A stretch of DNA of 62,042 bases, taken from positions 1 through 62,042 of the forward strand of contig CAZXOA010000004.1 in assembly GCA_964642275.1 (NCBI GenBank), in the 5' to 3' direction. Shown here in pieces: positions 8,249-17,911 of this stretch. Position numbers and translations under genes: made by a program. Under the pieces are notes generated by a model. The model did not search any database. It saw only the letters and a list, made by a program, of their open reading frames with translations, and was not told where the DNA came from. How positions within the stretch are numbered: position 1 is the first letter of the stretch; each line of letters starts with the position of its first letter. Origin of the DNA: an uncultured Candidatus Saccharibacteria bacterium (GTDB lineage Bacteria > Patescibacteriota > Saccharimonadia > Saccharimonadales > JACDBH01).

Positions 8249-8800
8249 CTACTCGGCCCTTACCTGCTTTGCGGCTTCTTGACCAATATCCTCGTACTTT
8301 TCCCATGGGTACTCTATCCAGTTTGCAGTCTCTTCAATATACCAGTCGGGTACAAGAAGGCTTGTATTTCGGACTGGTTTGAAATGGAGCACACCGAATC
8401 GCACCAAGGCTGACCCCGCCTTTTGGTGGTACTCATGTGCAAACTCAGTTGTACCACCAGTGTCATGCACTTCGTCAAGGTGAATCCAGTTCTTTCCGGC
8501 GAGCATATCAGGATCGGGCATTTGCCCCACCTCTATGCTGTCTGATGCCTGTGTCGAACCCTCTGGATACAAGCCCAACCCCATGTTAAATAAGTTCTGG
8601 CCACGAAATCCGAGGCACCGTGCAACAGTATTCGCCACAGCTAGACCCCCACGAGATGCAAATGTAATACCATGGAATCTCTCATTTGTATCTGCACAGT
8701 GCTGAGTTATCTTCTGTGCAAGCTGGAAGCACATCTCGTCGATCTCATCATTGGATGGTGAAACTTTCTCAATTACCATACTACCGTTTGTCTCGGCCAT
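8249..8800 (-). CDS. Purine (xanthine/guanine-type) phosphoribosyltransferase
   Basis: PRPP-binding loop HLDEVHDTGGT and the C-terminal WIEYPWE motif of Gpt-like PRTases. 183 aa. Confidence 0.75.
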   Translation of the reverse strand: MAETNGSMVIEKVSPSNDEIDEMCFQLAQKITQHCADTNERFHGITFASRGGLAVANTVARCLGFRGQNLFNMGLGLYPEGSTQASDSIEVGQMPDPDMLAGKNWIHLDEVHDTGGTTEFAHEYHQKAGSALVRFGVLHFKPVRNTSLLVPDWYIEETANWIEYPWEKYEDIGQEAAKQVRAE

Positions 8801-8846
8801 AACCCCTCCTGTTTTGCTTCATTGTACCCGACTAAAGCGCTACTGC

Positions 8847-9389
8847 CTAGACACCGCGTAGGCGGCGTTCGAGCACGTCGTAACCTTCGTGCTCTTCGTC
8901 TTTTCTATCAAGCCCAAGCTTTTCGAAAAAACTCCATAGTTCAGCAACTACCGTATCGTGGTCTGCATCATCTTCCATCAGCATTTCGGCCTCGATAAAG
9001 CCGCCCAAACCCGGTACTTCATCCACGCAAATTTCTATATCCCCATACCTGCCCTTTTGGCGGATTTTTGTCAGGTCTGAGTACAATTCGTACCCTAAAT
9101 TTTGGATAATCAAACCTAATTCTTGGGCGTCTGCCACCTCTGTTTCGTGCTCGATACTATCCAGGCTGCCGATATTTTGTTTCTTGAGCGTAAAGATAGT
9201 TTTGGTATCATTTTCGGTGCGGATTCTGAGCCAGACCGAACCGGGTGCATTGTCCTCTACACCCGGCCACGAATAAACCACGTCATGCTGTTTCTTCGGC
9301 TCGCTTAGTTTTATGCCAAGCTTGTCAATTGCCTGCAGCGTCGCAGCCCTGTCCCGCAGCCGGCATTTTATTTCAATTTCTCTTGCCAC
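8847..9389 (-). CDS. CYTH-domain protein (CyaB/triphosphate tunnel metalloenzyme family)
   Basis: N-terminal EIEIK signature, with WLRIR and EIC.DEV motifs. 180 aa. Confidence 0.8.
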   Translation of the reverse strand: MAREIEIKCRLRDRAATLQAIDKLGIKLSEPKKQHDVVYSWPGVEDNAPGSVWLRIRTENDTKTIFTLKKQNIGSLDSIEHETEVADAQELGLIIQNLGYELYSDLTKIRQKGRYGDIEICVDEVPGLGGFIEAEMLMEDDADHDTVVAELWSFFEKLGLDRKDEEHEGYDVLERRLRGV

Positions 9390-9390
9390 T

Positions 9391-10668
9391 TTAGAGTTCT
9401 TCTATCTTGACGCGCTTCTGCTCGGTTGTATCGCGGTCGCGCACCGTAACGGTGCCGTCTTCGAGTGTCTCAAAGTCTATCACGACGCAGTACGGTGTAC
9501 CGATTTCGTCCTGGCGGCGGTAGCGCTTGCCGATGTTGCCATTGTCGTCCCACATGACGCTGCCGTATTTTTTCTTCATCACTTGGTAGACTTCGCGGGC
9601 CTTCTCTACCAGCTCGGGTTTGTTTTTGAGCAGCGGGCTGATTGCCATTTTCACCGGTGCAATGTCTTTTGCCAGCTTGAGCACGATACGATCATTTGCC
9701 TCGTCGTACTCATATGCACTCAGCAGCACTGCCATAACCAAACGCTCCACGCCAAAGCTTGGCTCGATCACGTGCGGCACAAAAGCTTCGCCGCCGTCTT
9801 TTGGGCGGTATTCCATCTTTTTGCCGCTTTCGTGCTGGACATTCTGCAGGTCAAAATCGGTGCGGTAAGCCAGACCAAGCAGCTCGTCGCGGCCATGGGG
9901 GTATTCAAATTCATAATCGATCGTGCGCTTGCTGTAATGTGCCAGATCATCTGCGGGCACTTCAAGCTCATGTACTTTCGACACATCAACGCCAGCGGCC
10001 TGTAGATAAGCCTTGATGTCGGTACGCCACTGCTCAAACAGCTCCTGCCACTGCTCTTCACGGATAAAGTACTCGATTTCCATCTGGTTGAACTCGCGGC
10101 TGCGGAATACAAAGTCTCGCGGGCTAATCTCGTTACGGAACGCCTTGCCCACCTGCGCGATACCAAACGGTACGTCTGGATACAGCGTATCAACGACATT
10201 CTTGAAATTGGTAAAGATGCCCTGGGCTGTCTCTGGGCGCAAATAGACTTTTGCTTCATCGGTCGCCACCGGCCCGGCAACCGTCTCAAACATCAGGTTG
10301 AACTGACGGGCTTCGCCAAAAGTCCCTTCTTTGCCGCAGTTCGGGCATTTACTAAGATCAATTTTATCTTCGCGAAAACGCGATTTACACTCAGAACACT
10401 CAACCAGCGGATCGGTAAAGGTGTCGACGTGGCCGCTTGCCTTCCAGGTACGAGGATTCATAAGTATGGCTGCATCCAGTCCCACCATGTCATCACGGTC
10501 TTCTACAAATGTCTTCCACCACAAATCCATCAGATTCTTCTTGAGTTGAGCGCCAAGAGGACCATAGTCCCATGTACCCGCTAGCCCACCATATATTTCA
10601 GAACCCTGAAAAATAAAACCTCTGCGCTTGGCCAGCGCCACAATATCATCCATTTTTGCTTCACTCAT
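9391..10668 (-). CDS. glyQS: Glycine--tRNA ligase (dimeric class II)
   Basis: N-terminal RRGFIFQGSEIYGGLAGTWDYGPLG and class II motifs. 425 aa. Confidence 0.95.
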   Translation of the reverse strand: MSEAKMDDIVALAKRRGFIFQGSEIYGGLAGTWDYGPLGAQLKKNLMDLWWKTFVEDRDDMVGLDAAILMNPRTWKASGHVDTFTDPLVECSECKSRFREDKIDLSKCPNCGKEGTFGEARQFNLMFETVAGPVATDEAKVYLRPETAQGIFTNFKNVVDTLYPDVPFGIAQVGKAFRNEISPRDFVFRSREFNQMEIEYFIREEQWQELFEQWRTDIKAYLQAAGVDVSKVHELEVPADDLAHYSKRTIDYEFEYPHGRDELLGLAYRTDFDLQNVQHESGKKMEYRPKDGGEAFVPHVIEPSFGVERLVMAVLLSAYEYDEANDRIVLKLAKDIAPVKMAISPLLKNKPELVEKAREVYQVMKKKYGSVMWDDNGNIGKRYRRQDEIGTPYCVVIDFETLEDGTVTVRDRDTTEQKRVKIEEL

Positions 10669-10912
10669 ATAGCAACAGTATAGCGCACACTACGGCTGTG
10701 GTACTACTTTGGGACGAGAATATTTTCGCTGATGACCGCGCGAACGAAAACGGCTTGGTTCAGGAGATATAACAAGCGGCTCGCCCGTTATCGCTGACGT
10801 TGCTTCGGGCACTGGATATCGCTGGTCTACTGATTGCCTGAATGCTACTTCAGCCACATAGTTTCTGAGGGGCAACTGATTTGTTGTATTGGTCATGATA
10901 CGACGTTCAAAA

Positions 10913-11074
10913 TCATCTGCAACAAGTCCGTGTTGCACAATGATTGCACCCGCTAGGTTTAGCTACCTCTGCACTCGCTTGGCTTGCTTCACGGTTAATT
11001 CTGTCTGCTTCGGCAACAGATGGTGTCGGCGCTTCTTGCAGAGCCGCAATCCTATCGAAATCTTTATCATCCAT
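10913..11074 (-). CDS. Candidate small protein (53 aa) with a Cys-rich C-terminus
   Basis: An ATG lies 3-6 nt after an extended -10 box TGTTATAAT (reverse complement of 11081-11089). The peptide ends GCNHCATRTCCR. No homology recognised. Confidence 0.25.
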   Translation of the reverse strand: MDDKDFDRIAALQEAPTPSVAEADRINREASQASAEVAKPSGCNHCATRTCCR

Positions 11075-11112
11075 CATTATATTATAACAAATATGGTTAT
11101 TTATGTCAATAT

Positions 11113-11802
11113 TTACTGCGGTAGGTATTGTTGCTTGAGCGATTTTACCAGCAGGGTAAGGTCTGTGCAATACCCTGCAATACCCTGCACAGCCAGCAGC
11201 TTCTGCGGAGAGTTAAACGCCAGCAGCTTTAATACCTTGAGATGATTCTTATTGTATATACCGTCTGTGCGTTCGCTGAACGACACAGACTCATAATCAA
11301 AATCATAAGAGCTGTCCGGGTTAAGCCCTCCGCCCTTTGCATCAGTCGAAAAATCCGGCACATGGCCAAGCAGTTGCAGCATTCGCATTGCAAACGAAAG
11401 CTCTGCCAGCAACACCGGTATTCTGCTGTCATCCAGCGCCGCCAGAGACTCGTTTAGTATCTGAAAATAATCCTGTCCTGTTGCATCTTCTATCGTCTTA
11501 TCGACCGATTTGAGCATACTGTATGCCAGCTCGGTGCGCTGCAGGTCTTTGACAATATCGCTATAGTGTGCCATAAGCCGTGTGGACATGAGGGTATCGA
11601 TATCGCCCTTGCCTTTTATAAAGTGAATTTCTGAGACGCTGAATAATTCAATGCCGCCCGCCATTTTGCTTTTCTGGCGGCGCACACCTTTGGCAATGAC
11701 GCGAATCTTTCCAAAATCACTCGTTAGCAGTGTGATAATCCTATCGGCCTCGCCGTAGTCCAGCCGCCGCAGAATAATGCCCTGAGTAGACAATGATTTC
11801 AT
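11113..11802 (-). CDS. recO: DNA repair protein RecO
   Basis: N-terminal OB-fold signature GIILRRLDYGEADRIITLLT. 229 aa. Confidence 0.9.
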   Translation of the reverse strand: MKSLSTQGIILRRLDYGEADRIITLLTSDFGKIRVIAKGVRRQKSKMAGGIELFSVSEIHFIKGKGDIDTLMSTRLMAHYSDIVKDLQRTELAYSMLKSVDKTIEDATGQDYFQILNESLAALDDSRIPVLLAELSFAMRMLQLLGHVPDFSTDAKGGGLNPDSSYDFDYESVSFSERTDGIYNKNHLKVLKLLAFNSPQKLLAVQGIAGYCTDLTLLVKSLKQQYLPQ

Positions 11803-12179
11803 CGTGACGCCGTAGTCCTGCCCACGATCTGCAGGAGTTTTTCCAGCGTCACATCCGGTTTGTACAGCACTGCATGCACGCCCAGACTGCGCTGCAGGTC
11901 TTGGTCTGCCGCGAGCTCATCCGCCTGTGCCCGGCTCAAAATCAGAGCTGGAATGTGCTGCCACTCTCCGTAACTGCGGAATTCGTACAGAAATTCGACT
12001 CCGCTGTGTGCGGCTAGTAACACTTCCAGTATAACGAGATCAGGGGGCGTTGCGTCGGCACCAAGTATGGCACTCTGTGCGTCATGGCACACGGTGACCA
12101 TATGCCCGGCTCCAAGCAGAGCTGTCTCGTATTGCCGGGCAAGGATGACGTCTGGTTCAAGTAAGAGTATCTTTGCCAT
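11799..12179 (-). CDS. Single-domain receiver (CheY-like) protein with an atypical phospho-site
   Basis: Receiver topology with conserved S (ALILS) and K (LYKPD). The expected DD pocket reads EPD, and the phospho-Asp position reads DLVILE. It overlaps the recO start by 4 nt. Confidence 0.8.
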   Translation of the reverse strand: MAKILLLEPDVILARQYETALLGAGHMVTVCHDAQSAILGADATPPDLVILEVLLAAHSGVEFLYEFRSYGEWQHIPALILSRAQADELAADQDLQRSLGVHAVLYKPDVTLEKLLQIVGRTTASR

Positions 12180-12181
12180 AA

Positions 12182-12880
12182 CTACACAAGACTGAGCTGG
12201 CGGCTTGGTATGAGCGTTGCCACAAAGCCGCTCCGCTGGCCCCGCCGGGACAACTGCATTGATGCCCCCATAGTTTGAAACAACTTATCGGCAACAAATA
12301 CCCCGGCGCCGTTGGTGCTTGTAAATCCTGCAAGCGGCTGATGAGATGCGCCCAGGAGCCGATGAGCTCTCTCGACGAGCTCGGCACTCAAATCAACACC
12401 ATCAGCAAAAACACCCACAGCTAGCCCTTGTTGTGTTTTTTTGAGCGACAATGTCACGACACGCTTCTTTAGGCTGCTGGTCGCGTCAACAAAACTATAC
12501 CCAAGATTAGTCAGTGCCAACCGCACTGCCTCGCGGTGCACAAGCGCTGGGCCGTATTTGCCGCGCACATCAAGCTCTACGCTGCAGCCTTTTGATGAGG
12601 CGTAGCCGCTAATTGACTGCGCCACGTCAAACAGGAGCGAGCTTATTGATGCCGAGCCATAAGAAAGCTCTGCCTCCCGCTGCAAGCGCACCTGCAGTAA
12701 AAACCCATCAATAAGACTAATGGTGGATTCGCTCGCTCGCCGGATAACCTCACGCTGACCCGGGTCATGATCAAGAAGCTCGTTGGCGCGAGCAATCTGC
12801 ACGAACGGCAGCTTAACCTGTTCGGCCAAACTCAGAAAAATCTGATAATCATCAGATACATCATGCCTGTGCGCCTTCAA
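12182..12880 (-). CDS. Sensor-less histidine-kinase-like protein (degenerate HisKA and HATPase_c)
   Basis: H-box-like FLSLAEQVKLPF aligns with SHELRTPL with no His at the expected position. N-box-like LALTNLGYSF and G2-like NGAGVFVADKLF are present. 232 aa. Confidence 0.6.
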   Translation of the reverse strand: MKAHRHDVSDDYQIFLSLAEQVKLPFVQIARANELLDHDPGQREVIRRASESTISLIDGFLLQVRLQREAELSYGSASISSLLFDVAQSISGYASSKGCSVELDVRGKYGPALVHREAVRLALTNLGYSFVDATSSLKKRVVTLSLKKTQQGLAVGVFADGVDLSAELVERAHRLLGASHQPLAGFTSTNGAGVFVADKLFQTMGASMQLSRRGQRSGFVATLIPSRQLSLV

Positions 12881-12973
12881 ATTATCCCCTCCTGCACGAA
12901 CTATCCCGTGCTTTCATACATCTTTTAGTATAGCACGCAGCAGACAGGGCCCGTAAGACCTCATCGTGACCCC

Positions 12974-13624
12974 CTATGGAATAAATGTTGCTTGTGCGAG
13001 TATTGACTCAAAATCTGTCCGGAACTCGCTGCCTTCGGTCCAAAGTTTTATTGTTTTGTCACGCAATGGCAGCAAGACAAGCACGCCTTGTTTACGAGAA
13101 GTAATCTCGCCCTCCAACCGTGAGCCAAGCGTCTCTTCCCGGCCCGGTAAGCGATAGGCAGACACCGAGATGCGTCCGTTGCGCACCTTGCTGTCGAATG
13201 CCCGAAGCTCTTGTTCATACTGTCTCTCAACAACCTGGTATCGGAGAGCATAGTTCACGCTACTATCGTCTGATGATACATAGGATGGATGCATAATGCC
13301 GTCTACCGGAGTATTTCCGCTACCCCGTTCGTTGACATAATTGCTCCATGTCTTTGGGTAAGTAATCGATAGCGTACCAAAAGCCCCCGGGCCTCTGTAG
13401 GTCACATTGGGAAGCTTGTAGCTTTCGGCAAATTCTGCGTCTTTTTTGATAGCTAGATTTTCTTCTGCTACAACAACCGCTTCTGTGATTTTCTGGTCAA
13501 CGTTGTTTTTGTAATCTTGGCGCCCCATGTAGGCCCAAATACCAAAGCCAATACTCCCCACCAAAAAAACCGTCACTATAACAAGTGGAATGAGCAACTC
13601 GCCTCTTTGATCTAGCTTATGCAT
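12974..13624 (-). CDS. Hypothetical N-terminally anchored extracytoplasmic protein
   Basis: 216-aa ORF with one N-terminal TM helix (LIPLVIVTVFLVGSIGFGIWAY). No family recognised. Confidence 0.55.
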   Translation of the reverse strand: MHKLDQRGELLIPLVIVTVFLVGSIGFGIWAYMGRQDYKNNVDQKITEAVVVAEENLAIKKDAEFAESYKLPNVTYRGPGAFGTLSITYPKTWSNYVNERGSGNTPVDGIMHPSYVSSDDSSVNYALRYQVVERQYEQELRAFDSKVRNGRISVSAYRLPGREETLGSRLEGEITSRKQGVLVLLPLRDKTIKLWTEGSEFRTDFESILAQATFIP

Positions 13625-13678
13625 ACCTACGGTACATAGTACAGAGTAGAAGGTGCAAAGTAAAGACTCGGGCTGCGC

Positions 13679-14176
13679 CTACTTTTTGTTGTCAAAAACG
13701 TAAAGATACAAACCGCTCCGCTCTGCTACATGCTTTTTTTCTGGAAACTGAAATGCAAAGCTCACAACTTTGACGGAAGTAGTACTTTCTTGGGTAACTT
13801 TTGTATACAGCCGTGACATGAACCTATCGAGCAAAAATACATAGATACCATCGCACTCAGGCAATGGATGGTTCCAAAAATTAGCAAGACGTACCCGTAC
13901 AAGCCCCTTGTAGCGCCGGGTGACAAGCCAGCTAAAGATAAAAAGCAGCGGATTCAGTTCGTACCCGACTGCATGAATACCTCGCTCTGCAGCAGCACTC
14001 AGCATACGCCCGTCGCCGCTGCCGAGTTCCACGAGAGTCTGACCCTTTTTTAAATCAAGCAAATCAAGCGCCTCCTGTTTTTGACGCTTCAGCGTCGGCA
14101 AATACGGCGCCCCGAATAGCAGTACAAATGAAAACAGACTTATAATTACCGCCAGAAGCAGAACCGGCCAGATCAT
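13679..14176 (-). CDS. Class I SAM-dependent methyltransferase with an N-terminal TM helix
   Basis: Motif I LVELGSGDGRM and an acidic loop GYELN. 165 aa. Confidence 0.8.
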   Translation of the reverse strand: MIWPVLLLAVIISLFSFVLLFGAPYLPTLKRQKQEALDLLDLKKGQTLVELGSGDGRMLSAAAERGIHAVGYELNPLLFIFSWLVTRRYKGLVRVRLANFWNHPLPECDGIYVFLLDRFMSRLYTKVTQESTTSVKVVSFAFQFPEKKHVAERSGLYLYVFDNKK

Positions 14177-14179
14177 ACC

Positions 14180-14374
14180 CTAGCCCTTGTCAAAACTTTG
14201 CTTGAGCTTGGTGATAGCATTTTCAGTCTGCGAGATACGTGCCTCAAGCTCTTTGACGATTTCAAGCGCCCTCTTGTACTGGGACTCTGCTTGGTCGATA
14301 TCTGCTTCGTCAGATTCAAACCATGCGATAATCGCCTCGAGTTCAGCCTGTAGCTCACTGGTTTTCTTTGTCAT
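14180..14374 (-). CDS. xseB: Exodeoxyribonuclease VII small subunit
   Basis: Helical 64-aa protein (LEAIIAWFES...LEIVKELEARI). The start was trimmed to ATG 14374, 1 nt after the xseA stop. Confidence 0.85.
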   Translation of the reverse strand: MTKKTSELQAELEAIIAWFESDEADIDQAESQYKRALEIVKELEARISQTENAITKLKQSFDKG

Positions 14375-14375
14375 A

Positions 14376-15479
14376 TTACTGCACCTCCGCCTTTCTGTGT
14401 CCCGAAGCAAACTCTATATCAATGAGTGCTCCGGTTTTTACACTATCTGCCTGCTTGATTACTTTACCATTGCTCCGCACCACTGCGTAGCCACGTTTTA
14501 GCACCGCGTGCGGGCTGAGTGCGTCAAGCGTACGAGCCTGGCTGCCCAGGAGCTCTTTCATACGCTGCAGCCTCTGGGAAAGCGCATCGTCAATTATCTG
14601 CGTCACAGCCTCTAGATCCCTGTGCTTTTGTGAGAAAAACTTCTCTGCTGCAGTATGCAGCTCTTGGGCAGATCTTTCGAGACCTCTCTTGAGCTCGCGC
14701 TTGTCAGGCACCAGCAGTTCGGCAGCGTTGCTGGGAGTACTTGCGCGCACGTCAGCTGCAAGTTCTGCCAAACTTATGTCAACTTCGTGCCCGATGGCAA
14801 CAAGTGTTGGAATACGGCTGGCTGCCACCGCCCGAGTCACCTGCTCGGTACTAAAAGCTTGCAGATCATCAGCACTGCCCCCGCCGCGCACCACCACCAG
14901 CACATCAGGCATATCCGCCTGTTTGTTAAACCATTCAATAGCGTTCACGATTTGCCCCACTGCCGCCTCGCCCTGCACCTGCACATTGGCAAGCATGATT
15001 ACCAGCCCGCCATAGCGCGCGCCCAAAACTTTTATAAAATCTTTGTAGCCCGCCGACTCTTCTGAGGTAATCAGCCCGATTTTCTCAGGTGGATACGGAA
15101 TTGTACGCTTGCGCTCCGGGGAGAATAAGCCTTCTTTCTCCAGCTTCTGCTGCAGCAAATCAGACGCCTTTTTGATTGTCCCTTCACCACTCAGCTCAAG
15201 CGCTTGTACATTCAGGCTGAAGCCAAACTGTGGATGCAGGCGCGGGGTTGCGGACACGCGCAGCTTCATACCGTCTTCGATGGGCGCAGGCAGCATATAG
15301 ACCGTACCAAAACAGCGCAGCTTGGCAAATTCGTCGGCAATGTCAAAATACACCCACCGGCCGCGGCTTATCTTAAAGTTCAGTACCTCGCCCTCGATCA
15401 CAACGCTCGGGTAGGCAAACTCCAGCGTCTGATTAGTCAGCGCAACAAAATCACTCGGTGTCAGAATCGGAAGCACCAA
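14376..15479 (-). CDS. xseA: Exodeoxyribonuclease VII large subunit
   Basis: N-terminal OB-fold (VIEGEVLNFKISRGRWVYFDI), a catalytic core with VVRGGGS, and a coiled C-terminus. 367 aa. Confidence 0.92.
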   Translation of the reverse strand: MVLPILTPSDFVALTNQTLEFAYPSVVIEGEVLNFKISRGRWVYFDIADEFAKLRCFGTVYMLPAPIEDGMKLRVSATPRLHPQFGFSLNVQALELSGEGTIKKASDLLQQKLEKEGLFSPERKRTIPYPPEKIGLITSEESAGYKDFIKVLGARYGGLVIMLANVQVQGEAAVGQIVNAIEWFNKQADMPDVLVVVRGGGSADDLQAFSTEQVTRAVAASRIPTLVAIGHEVDISLAELAADVRASTPSNAAELLVPDKRELKRGLERSAQELHTAAEKFFSQKHRDLEAVTQIIDDALSQRLQRMKELLGSQARTLDALSPHAVLKRGYAVVRSNGKVIKQADSVKTGALIDIEFASGHRKAEVQ

Positions 15480-16542
15480 TTACCTCCAAAGGCTGCTGCT
15501 TGGCACGGTTTCGGAGTTCCGCCACCTGCTTGAGCGCTCGATTATAAAACACATAGCCCACCGGCAAGAATAGCGCCATTGTCAAAATCCTATACACCAC
15601 CGTGGCCGACAGTGCCAAAGCCTTTGGCACGCCCGCGCTCGCCAGTACTGCCGTCATCAGCCCTTCATAGACACCGACGCCGCCCGGCAGGATAGCAATC
15701 AGTCCGGCAAAGTTTGCCACCGCATAAGCAATAATGAGCGCCCCGGGATTAATAAGCGAGCCAAAGGCAATATAGACAATATAGATCGTCACTATCTCGA
15801 GGATATTGAGCAACAGCGCCCATACCAGCAAACGCTTCACCAGCTGCATGTTCTTGCTGATTGTTTTGTAATCATCATGCAGGTCTTCAAGCGTTGCCTC
15901 AACCTTGTTCATGTTGATGATTTCGCTGCCTTTTTTAAAATGCTTAAACACATAGTTCAGAGCCTTTGGCAGCCAGCTCACAAAGGCCTTGATACGCCTC
16001 GCCTTGCTGATGATAAACACGCCGACTGCCGATCCAAAAATCGTCGAGCCGATAATGGTTGAACATATCAAAACGATGAGCGGACTCGTAGTGCCATCAA
16101 ACGCCAGAAGCACCAGAGCCAGAAGCAATAGCAGAATAAAGGATATGAACGTTAATGCAAACCGCAGTATCTGGGCCAGAGTACTCTTGGATGTGCTAAT
16201 GCCCAGGGCCTTCAACCGAATACTTAAGTAGCTGAATCCGCTCACACCGCCGCTGGGAAACACATGATTGACAAAATTCAGCTCCAGCGTCACCTTGAAC
16301 ATCTCTCTGAGCGTAATTGCGTCGCCCTGCGCGTCAAAAAAATCTTTGTATAGCCGGGCAATTGCAAAATAGCTCAGCAGCTGCGCCGGGATGATAAGCA
16401 CCAGCACCCATAAATTGAGCTGCGACAAGTCAGAAAAAGCCTCTCTAATCTGATCCCAGGAAATCACCACCAAAAAAGCCAGGGCTGCCAGCGTGATAAC
16501 ATTCAGCCAAAATTTAAAATCCCGTTTCAGGTGTTTTCTCAT
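15451..16542 (-). CDS. UPF0104/LPG-synthase-TM-like (flippase-like) membrane protein
   Basis: 363-aa polytopic protein with the family-typical N-terminus and an ILPGGVGVYEG motif. Confidence 0.8.
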   Translation of the reverse strand: MRKHLKRDFKFWLNVITLAALAFLVVISWDQIREAFSDLSQLNLWVLVLIIPAQLLSYFAIARLYKDFFDAQGDAITLREMFKVTLELNFVNHVFPSGGVSGFSYLSIRLKALGISTSKSTLAQILRFALTFISFILLLLLALVLLAFDGTTSPLIVLICSTIIGSTIFGSAVGVFIISKARRIKAFVSWLPKALNYVFKHFKKGSEIINMNKVEATLEDLHDDYKTISKNMQLVKRLLVWALLLNILEIVTIYIVYIAFGSLINPGALIIAYAVANFAGLIAILPGGVGVYEGLMTAVLASAGVPKALALSATVVYRILTMALFLPVGYVFYNRALKQVAELRNRAKQQPLEVIGASDSDTE

Positions 16543-16577
16543 AAGCTCTCAGGTCATTATACCTTATACTGGAGAGT

Positions 16578-17774
16578 GTGAAGTCATTGCTTATACTTGG
16601 CCGCCAGCCGGCACTCGGCCTGGCCGAACTCGAGAGCCTGTACGGCGCCGATACTGTGCAGGCTGTTGGCAAAGGCGGAGCCCTCCTTGATATCGAACCT
16701 TCGTTAGTACAGTTCGGTCGCCTGGGCGGCAGTATCAAGCTTGCTAAGATAATCCAGGTACACGGCACAACCGATTGGCACAATATTGAGCCGCACCTCG
16801 CCGCCATCACAAAAGACATCGTCGTCGGTCTCGCTGACGGTAAAATACGCCTTGGCATCAGTACTTACGGTATCCGTGTCCACCCCCAGGATGTCAACCG
16901 CACCGGCCTCAGCCTCAAGAAGGCCATCAAGAATGAGGGCCGTTCGGCCCGTATTATTCCCAACAAATCACCAGAGCTCAACAGTGCGCAGGTACTGCAC
17001 AACCAGCTGACTGGCCCTACCGGCATCGAGCTCGTCATCGCCCGCGACGGAGACAAAGTTATCATTGCCCGCACCGTTGCTGAACAAGACATCGAGGCCT
17101 ATGCCGCGCGTGACCAAAACCGCCCCGCCCGAGATGCCAAAGTCGGCATGCTCCCCCCAAAACTGGCACAAATATTGATAAACCTGGCTACCGCCGGTGA
17201 AAATCCGGAGCTAGAGGGCATGGTGCTGGATCCGTTCTGTGGTACTGGCGTGCTGCTCCAAGAAGCCAGGATAATGGGCTATGACACTTTTGGCAGCGAC
17301 ATTGATTCCAGAATGATTGGATATTCTGCCGAAAACCTACTATGGCTTGAGGATAGATTAAACCCGGATAGAAACTACACTCCAACAAGTGTAAAACAGC
17401 TCGAGATTGGCGACGCTACCACCCACAGATGGCAGCTTCAGCCCACCTATATCGCCTGCGAAACTTATCTGGGTAAACCACTCACTTCTCTACCGCCTCG
17501 CCAAGTTCTCGATAAAATCATGGCCGAATGCGACGATATCCACGAAAAATTCCTGCGCAATATCGGCTCACAAATCGAGCCCGGCACACGCCTCTGCCTC
17601 GCTGTCCCGGCATGGCACACAAAAAACGGCTTTTTACACCTTAAAACGCTTGCAAAACTAGATGAACTAGGCTATAATCGACAGAAGTTTGTTCACGCGC
17701 ACAACGAGGAGCTGATTTATCACCGCCCCGGCCAAATAGTCGCCCGTGAACTCGTAGTTTTAGAAAAGAACTAG
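16578..17774 (+). CDS. SAM-dependent RNA/DNA methyltransferase (Trm11/UPF0020-like)
   Basis: LDPFCGTGVLLQEA motif I and a following SDID motif. 398 aa. Confidence 0.8.
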   Translation: MKSLLILGRQPALGLAELESLYGADTVQAVGKGGALLDIEPSLVQFGRLGGSIKLAKIIQVHGTTDWHNIEPHLAAITKDIVVGLADGKIRLGISTYGIRVHPQDVNRTGLSLKKAIKNEGRSARIIPNKSPELNSAQVLHNQLTGPTGIELVIARDGDKVIIARTVAEQDIEAYAARDQNRPARDAKVGMLPPKLAQILINLATAGENPELEGMVLDPFCGTGVLLQEARIMGYDTFGSDIDSRMIGYSAENLLWLEDRLNPDRNYTPTSVKQLEIGDATTHRWQLQPTYIACETYLGKPLTSLPPRQVLDKIMAECDDIHEKFLRNIGSQIEPGTRLCLAVPAWHTKNGFLHLKTLAKLDELGYNRQKFVHAHNEELIYHRPGQIVARELVVLEKN

Positions 17775-17798
17775 TGAAAAATAACCACTGTAAAGCGG

Positions 17799-17911
17799 TT
17801 ATTCTGAGCCAAAGGTAATTTGTTATCAGACGAGGCACCATTCTGGAAGCGTATATACCATACGATGGAAGAATGTCCTTGGCTGAGAGCAAATTACCAT
17901 TCTCAGAATAA
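17799..17911 (+). ncRNA. Long imperfect hairpin element, copy A (candidate structured RNA or leader upstream of rpmA). Strand not established.
   Basis: Basal stem TTATTCTGAG/CTCAGAATAA. Middle stem GGTAATTTGTTATCAG/CTGAGAGCAAATTACC (15/16 paired). Apical stems CATTCT/AGAATG and CGTAT/ATACG. About 74% identical to copy B, with compensatory changes. Confidence 0.45.

Noticed and set aside
10690-10938. 82-aa ORF in the recO-glyQS spacer.
   Set aside because: No SD or promoter-like signal and no recognisable motif, and it overlaps the end of the Cys-rich ORF. It cannot be supported from sequence alone.
11166-11190. Small tandem duplications in coding DNA: TGCAATACCC x2.5 in recO, and TAACAACT x2 at 1153-1168 in the YvcK-like gene.
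   Set aside because: Only two copies each, not of period 7, and compatible with chance or ordinary microduplication.
11799-11801. Possible UGA recoding (code 25, or code 4) as seen in some candidate phyla.
   Set aside because: TGA terminates well-delimited genes, for example the receiver gene at 11799, and RF2 is encoded in the window. The standard code 11 fits all genes.
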